Source of the DNA: an uncultured Acidimicrobiaceae bacterium
GTDB lineage: Bacteria; Actinomycetota; Acidimicrobiia; Spongiisociales; UBA5794
Reading direction: 5' to 3'
Assembly (NCBI GenBank): GCA_964416425.1
Contig: CAYQEC010000002.1
Span: 102,701 to 166,700, forward strand
Length of the DNA: 64,000 nt
The position numbers and the translations under genes were made by a program. Shown here piece after piece: positions 60,744-64,000 of the stretch (position 1 is its first letter; each line of letters begins with the position of its first letter). Below the pieces are notes generated by a model. The model had not been told where the DNA came from. It was given only the letters and a program-made list of their open reading frames with translations, and did not search any database.

Positions 60744-61933
60744 CCACCCTCGACTCCGGCGGCCTGGTCCACATCTCCGACGCCGCCGTCTCGGTGGAGC
60801 TGGTGGGTGAGGACATGATGCTCAACATCGGCCCGCAGCATCCCTCCACCCACGGGGTGCTGCGTCTCATCGCCCAGGTCGACGGGGAGCGGATCACCCG
60901 ACTCGAGCCGGTCATCGGCTACATGCACCGCGGCAAGGAGAAGCTGGCCGAGGTGCGCACCTACCCCCAGATCACCACCCTCATCAACCGCATCGACTGG
61001 ATCTCCGGATTCGCCAACGAGGTCCCGTTCGTGGTGGCGGTGGAACGGCTCATGGGCATCGAAGCGCCCGAACGGGCCCAGTACATCCGGCTCATCCTGA
61101 CCGAGCTGACCCGCATCTCGAACCACCTCGTGTTCGCTTCCTCCTACCCGCTCGAGCTCGGCGCCGCCACCCCGCTCATGTACGCCTTCCGGGAACGGGA
61201 GCGGGTGCTCGACCTCATCGAGGGCGTCACCGGCGGACGGTTCCATCCCAACTTCAACCGGGTCGGCGGCGTCAAACCCGCCGCCGGCGGGGGATCCACC
61301 CAGAAGAAGGTGGTGCTCGACCTGCCCGAGGGGTTCTTCGACGCCACCCGCCGCGCCATGGATCGGGTCATCGAGGTGTGCGACGAGATCGACGACCTCG
61401 TCGTCGGCAACGAGCTGATCCAGGCCCGCACCATCGGCGTCGGCGTGATCCCGGCCGAGAAGGGCCTCGAATACGGTGTCTCCGGTCCCAACCTGCGGGC
61501 GGCGGGGGTCGACTTCGACCTCCGCAAGCACGAGCACCTGCTTCCCTACGACGACTTCGAATTTGACGTCATCGTGCGCCCCAACGGGGACTGCTTCGAC
61601 CGCTACGTCGTCCGCATCGAGGAGATCCGCCAATCGGTCTCCCTCGTGCGCCAGGCCATCGACAAGATCCCCTCCGGCCCGCTCCAGGCCAAGGTGCCCC
61701 GGGTGCTCAAGGTCCCGCCGGGCGAGATCTACGTCCGGGCGGAGAACCCGAAGGGCGAGATGGGGTACTACGTCGTGTCCCAGGGCGGGCGGGTGCCCTA
61801 CCGGGTCAAGATCCGCTCCGCCTCCTTCTCCAACATCTCGGTGCTGCCCTGGGTGGCGCAAGGCCAGCTCATCCCGGACCTGGTGGCGACGATGGGGAGC
61901 CTCGACTTCGTGTTGGGAGACGTCGACCGATGA
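60740..61933 (+). CDS. complex I-like subunit D paralog (NuoD2)
   Basis: ...[15 protein letters not shown]... and C-terminal ...DFVLGDVDR; 397 aa. Confidence 0.85.
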   Translation: MTTLDSGGLVHISDAAVSVELVGEDMMLNIGPQHPSTHGVLRLIAQVDGERITRLEPVIGYMHRGKEKLAEVRTYPQITTLINRIDWISGFANEVPFVVAVERLMGIEAPERAQYIRLILTELTRISNHLVFASSYPLELGAATPLMYAFRERERVLDLIEGVTGGRFHPNFNRVGGVKPAAGGGSTQKKVVLDLPEGFFDATRRAMDRVIEVCDEIDDLVVGNELIQARTIGVGVIPAEKGLEYGVSGPNLRAAGVDFDLRKHEHLLPYDDFEFDVIVRPNGDCFDRYVVRIEEIRQSVSLVRQAIDKIPSGPLQAKVPRVLKVPPGEIYVRAENPKGEMGYYVVSQGGRVPYRVKIRSASFSNISVLPWVAQGQLIPDLVATMGSLDFVLGDVDR

Positions 61934-62940
61934 GTTTCAGCGTCGAGTTGCTGCTGAAGGTGGTCGTCGTCCTCGGCCTCGTCCTGCCCCTGGCGCTGGT
62001 GGTCATCTTCGGGGAGCTGAAGATCTCGGCCCACATGCAGAGCCGGATCGGGCCCTACTTCGCCGGCGGCCGCTGGGGTTGGGCCCAGCCGCTCGCCGAC
62101 GCCGTCAAGTTCATGCAGAAGGAGGACCTGGTACCCGCCGGCGCCGACACTCAGGTCTACAAACTCGCCCCCTACGTGGTGCTCATGGGCACGGTCGCCA
62201 CCTTCGTGATCATCCCGATCGGGCCCGACCTGGTGTCGCGGAACCTCGACCTCGGGCTCTTCTACGTGCTCGCCGTGTCCTCGCTGTCGACACTGGGAGT
62301 GCTGATGGCGGGATGGTCGTCCGGCAACAAGTACTCCCTCATCGGCGGGTTGCGGGCCGGCGCCCAGCTCATCGCCTACGAGCTGCCGCTGGTGCTGGCG
62401 GCGGTCGGGGTGGCGGTCCAGGCCGGGACGCTGTCCCTCAACGGCATCGTCGCCGCCCAGGCCCAACCCTGGTTCCACATCGGGGACTTCGGTGTCGCCG
62501 TGCCCTTCGTGGTGTCGGGCCAGATCATCGGGTTTCTCATCTTCCTCACCGCCGGCCTGGCCGAGCTGAGCCGGATCCCGTTCGACATGCCGATCGCCGA
62601 ATCCGAGCTGACGATGGGCTACCTCACCGAGTACTCCGGCATCCGCTTCACGATGTTCTTCCTCGGCGAGTACGCCGGCATGGTGTCGCTGTCGGCGATC
62701 GCCGCCACCCTCTTCCTCGGCGGATACTGGCTGCCCGGCCTCAGCGGCGACGCCCTCAACTGGGTGGGGCCGCCGGTGCTGATCGGCAAGGTGCTGTTGC
62801 TCTGCTTCCTCTTCATCTGGTTCCGCTGGACCTTCCCCCGGCTGCGGGAAGACCAGCTGCAGGGCCTCGCCTGGAAATGGCTCATCCCGGCGGCCCTCGT
62901 CAACATCGTGGCGACGGCGTTCTTCAAGGTGGTCTTCTGA
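61930..62940 (+). CDS. complex I-like subunit H paralog (NuoH2), directly after NuoD2 (no E/F/G)
   Basis: ...[27 protein letters not shown]... Confidence 0.85.
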   Translation: MSFSVELLLKVVVVLGLVLPLALVVIFGELKISAHMQSRIGPYFAGGRWGWAQPLADAVKFMQKEDLVPAGADTQVYKLAPYVVLMGTVATFVIIPIGPDLVSRNLDLGLFYVLAVSSLSTLGVLMAGWSSGNKYSLIGGLRAGAQLIAYELPLVLAAVGVAVQAGTLSLNGIVAAQAQPWFHIGDFGVAVPFVVSGQIIGFLIFLTAGLAELSRIPFDMPIAESELTMGYLTEYSGIRFTMFFLGEYAGMVSLSAIAATLFLGGYWLPGLSGDALNWVGPPVLIGKVLLLCFLFIWFRWTFPRLREDQLQGLAWKWLIPAALVNIVATAFFKVVF

Positions 62941-63401
62941 TGGCCAAGATCCCCCTCGGCGGTCTGCTCAAGGGCATGAAGGTGACGCTCAAGGCGCTCT
63001 TCACCAAACCCGTCACGGTCAACTACCCCCTCGAGAAGGAGACCCTGGTGCCGCGGGCCCGCGGGGTCATCGCCCTCGACGTCGAGAACTGCACGGTGTG
63101 CATGCTGTGCGCCAGGGAATGTCCCGACTGGTGCATCTACATCGAGGGCCACAAGGAGGAGGCCCCGCCCTCCAAGCCGGGCGGCCGGGTCCGGTCCCGG
63201 GCCAAGCTCGACCGTTTCGACATCGATTACGCCCTCTGCATGTACTGCGGCATCTGCGTCGAGGTGTGCCCGTTCGACGCCCTCTACTGGAGCCCCGAGC
63301 ACGAGTACAGCGAGTACCGGATCTCCGACATGCTGCACGACAAGGAACGTCTCACCGAATGGCTGGAGACGGTCCCCGAGCCCCCGGCGCTGGAGCCATG
63401 A
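62940..63401 (+). CDS. complex I-like subunit I paralog (NuoI2, 2x4Fe-4S)
   Basis: [12 protein letters not shown] and [12 protein letters not shown]; ATG overlaps the NuoH2 stop. Confidence 0.8.
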   Translation: MAKIPLGGLLKGMKVTLKALFTKPVTVNYPLEKETLVPRARGVIALDVENCTVCMLCARECPDWCIYIEGHKEEAPPSKPGGRVRSRAKLDRFDIDYALCMYCGICVEVCPFDALYWSPEHEYSEYRISDMLHDKERLTEWLETVPEPPALEP

Positions 63402-63970
63402 TGCCCGTGATCGCCGTCACCGCCGCCGACTGGTTCGGGGAAGTCGAGAACTGGGTGTTCCTCGTGATCGCGGTCGTGATGGTGGCCGGCTCCTTCCGGG
63501 TCGTCACCAGCCCCAACGTGGTGCACGCCGTGCTCGCCCTGGTGGCAGCCCTCGGCGCCTCCGCGGCGCTGTTCCTGCTGCTCGGGGCGGAGTTCGTCGC
63601 CTGGACCGTGGTGCTGGTGTACATCGGCGCCGTCGTCGTGCTGTTCCTCTTCGGGATCATGATCACCCGGGCCCCTCTCGGTCACGAGACCGCCCTCAGC
63701 CACCCCTTGCGGGTCCGGGCCGGGGCTGCCCTCGTCTCCGGGGCGCTCTTCCTCCTCATCGGGGGCGCCATGCTGGACGCCTTCTCCGACCGCCTCATCG
63801 ACGAGCCGGCCGCCGCCACCCGAACCGCCGACCTGGGCAAGTCGATGTTCGAACGGTTCGTGATCCCCTTCGAGGTGGTGTCGGTGGTGCTGCTCGCCGC
63901 CCTCATCGGCGGCATCGTGCTGGCGAGGAAGGACCCGGAACCGGGCGTCGCCGGCGAGGTGTCGCGATGA
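63398..63970 (+). CDS. complex I-like subunit J paralog (NuoJ2)
   Basis: 190 aa, 5 TM; ATGA overlap with NuoI2; cluster continues past the window end. Confidence 0.75.
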   Translation: MMPVIAVTAADWFGEVENWVFLVIAVVMVAGSFRVVTSPNVVHAVLALVAALGASAALFLLLGAEFVAWTVVLVYIGAVVVLFLFGIMITRAPLGHETALSHPLRVRAGAALVSGALFLLIGGAMLDAFSDRLIDEPAAATRTADLGKSMFERFVIPFEVVSVVLLAALIGGIVLARKDPEPGVAGEVSR

Positions 63971-64000
63971 GGTCGCCGGCTCGGCCCTCCCGCTCCCGAC

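Noticed and set aside
1-64000. tRNA/rRNA/CRISPR/mobile elements
   Set aside because: No tRNA T-arm/anticodon-like structures, rRNA signatures, spaced direct-repeat arrays or transposase/integrase-like ORFs were recognised. The only repeats are in-frame coding repeats.

Overview
High-GC (about 70%) window with dense, mostly overlapping coding, typical of an Actinomycetota-like chromosome. No rRNA, tRNA, CRISPR or transposase/integrase genes were recognised.

The first 24 kb (1..24.7 kb) carries housekeeping and accessory genes:
- a partial MMPL/RND transporter and a class II B12-dependent ribonucleotide reductase (nrdJ);
- LysE, MFS and EamA transporters;
- an MshA-like GT4 glycosyltransferase, a GNAT-type protein and an asparaginase II-family protein;
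- an M23 peptidase, a PAS-LuxR regulator, a SAM hydroxide adenosyltransferase, the redox-sensing repressor Rex and a CPGS-like protein;
- oddities including a Clp1-like P-loop kinase, an RsiG-like coiled-coil protein and a MoaD-GG domain fused to a polytopic membrane domain.

From about 24.7 kb to the window end the sequence is a respiratory island:
1. A seven-gene minus-strand operon for a b6f-type Rieske/cytochrome b complex. It has a split cytochrome b6 plus subunit IV, a Rieske protein, a long dihaem cytochrome c, a 2x[4Fe-4S] ferredoxin and two small membrane proteins.
2. A divergently transcribed CcoN-like domain fused to a CcoO-like monohaem domain. The CcoN-like part appears to have lost most haem/CuB histidine ligands (a pseudo-oxidase). 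It is followed by a membrane cytochrome c.
3. A MenJ-like geranylgeranyl reductase followed by a complete 14-gene nuoA-N operon.
4. An Fe(III)-type ABC importer and a few other genes.
5. The start of a second complex-I-like cluster (nuoA-B-C-D-H-I-J...) that lacks the NADH-oxidising N-module genes nuoE, nuoF and nuoG.

The subunit IV protein and the oxidase-associated cytochrome c share an about 30-aa N-terminal repeat module that I do not recognise (LPEHLLRRAAEARAKAEGRDVEEVLAEM). A Rex-operator-like palindrome lies just upstream of nuoA. All calls are from reading the translations and DNA by eye; no database searches were run.
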